Source: Nibricoccus sp. (GTDB lineage: Bacteria > Verrucomicrobiota > Verrucomicrobiia > Opitutales > Opitutaceae). From it: 64,000 bases of DNA. Below the pieces are notes generated by a model, which saw only the letters and a list, made by a program, of their open reading frames with translations, did not search any database and had not been told where the DNA came from. Positions within the stretch are counted from its first letter, which is position 1. Every line of letters starts with the position of its first letter. Below, piece after piece: positions 63,307-64,000 of this stretch. The DNA lies in the NCBI GenBank assembly GCA_047602425.1, contig JASGHG010000001.1, positions 4,448,001 through 4,512,000 of the forward strand. The letters run 5' to 3'. The translations under genes were made by a program, and so were the position numbers.

Positions 63307-64000
63307 TTATTGGTAGAGCTTGATGAACTTTTTCCCGCCCGGCTCGGTAAAGGTGATAACGCCCGGTTCGATCTTCACGAGTTTCAATTCGAGGCCGGGG
63401 TCGACCATGTCGCCTACATTGAAGAGACGGTCGTTGAGGATGACTTTGCTGCCCTTGTCGGAGATGCGGACGCTGGTGACGCGAAGACGGTCGATGAAGT
63501 TTTGAATTCGCGTCGCGTTGTTGACCGGAGCCGGCGCGCGCGGAGCGTAGATCGGAGGCAGCGCGGCGGGAGCGGGCTGGGCCGGAGCCGGCGCGGACGC
63601 AGCGGGCGGAGTCGAGTCGGGCGGAAGCGAAACGACGGGCGCCGTGGCGGTGGCAGCTGGTTTGGTGGCCGGGGCGGGCGCGGGAGCCGGCGTGGATTTG
63701 GCAGTGGCGGCGGGTTTTGTCGGGAACGAAATAGTGGGCGGCGGCTCGGCCGCTGCGACGGCGGACGCGGGAGGCTCGGCCTTTTCCGGCTCTGGCGTTG
63801 TGACCGGCGGGATTTCTCGTGTGGGAGCGACTGGAGGAGTCGGAGGCGGCAGGCTGGGCGTGGGAACGGCAACGGCGACTTGGAGCGGTGCGACTTGTTC
63901 GACTTGGGGCTTGGAGGAGACCGAATCGTTGCGTCCCATGGTGACGACGAGTCGCACGACAATGGCCACGGCGGCAATGCAGCCCAGGGCAATCCAGAAG
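63307..64000 (-). CDS. Pro/Ala-rich membrane-anchored protein, possibly with a GspB-like C-terminal domain (5' end outside window)
   Basis: Hydrophobic segment at the window edge, long P/A linker, C-terminal KVILNDRLFNVGD...LVKIEP. Confidence 0.55.
   Translation of the reverse strand, partial: FWIALGCIAAVAIVVRLVVTMGRNDSVSSKPQVEQVAPLQVAVAVPTPSLPPPTPPVAPTREIPPVTTPEPEKAEPPASAVAAAEPPPTISFPTKPAATAKSTPAPAPAPATKPAATATAPVVSLPPDSTPPAASAPAPAQPAPAALPPIYAPRAPAPVNNATRIQNFIDRLRVTSVRISDKGSKVILNDRLFNVGDMVDPGLELKLVKIEPGVITFTEPGGKKFIKLYQ

Noticed and set aside
63540..63870. GC-rich short repeats
   Set aside because: Explained by the Pro/Ala-rich linker of the encoded protein.

Overview
GC-rich bacterial chromosome segment, probably Verrucomicrobiota/Opitutaceae (inferred from gene style and content, not proven). 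The main result is an apparently complete ~15.0-kb prophage of a tailless, membrane-containing, double-jelly-roll (PM2/corticovirus-like) virus at 995-16052. It is integrated into the 3' end of tRNA-Ala(CGC) and bounded by a perfect 19-bp direct repeat (ATGGTGGAGCAGACCGGGA at 995-1013 and 16034-16052). It encodes a tyrosine integrase, an RHH repressor candidate, two Xis-like HTH proteins, an HUH rolling-circle Rep, an FtsK/HerA-type packaging ATPase, a PM2 P2-like major capsid protein, many small membrane proteins, penton/spike candidates, a lysis cassette with a unimolecular-spanin-like lipoprotein and no visible endolysin, and an AT-rich cargo block. The host part holds a stand-alone EF-G paralogue, a rhamnogalacturonan-I degradation cluster (GH105, PL11, CE12x2, PL26, GH28), a FucP-like permease and fucose-isomerase-family gene, and fabZ-fabI-oleA-oleB. 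It also has an FNR/DUF2249/YwiC cluster whose two FNR boxes sit exactly -41.5 from start codons (suggesting leaderless promoters), malQ, dxs/xseB, hemW, nadA, DinG, a P1B-4 ATPase, a GAF histidine kinase, a WcaJ-like transferase and several palindromic repeats. All family assignments come from motif recognition by eye; no searches were run.
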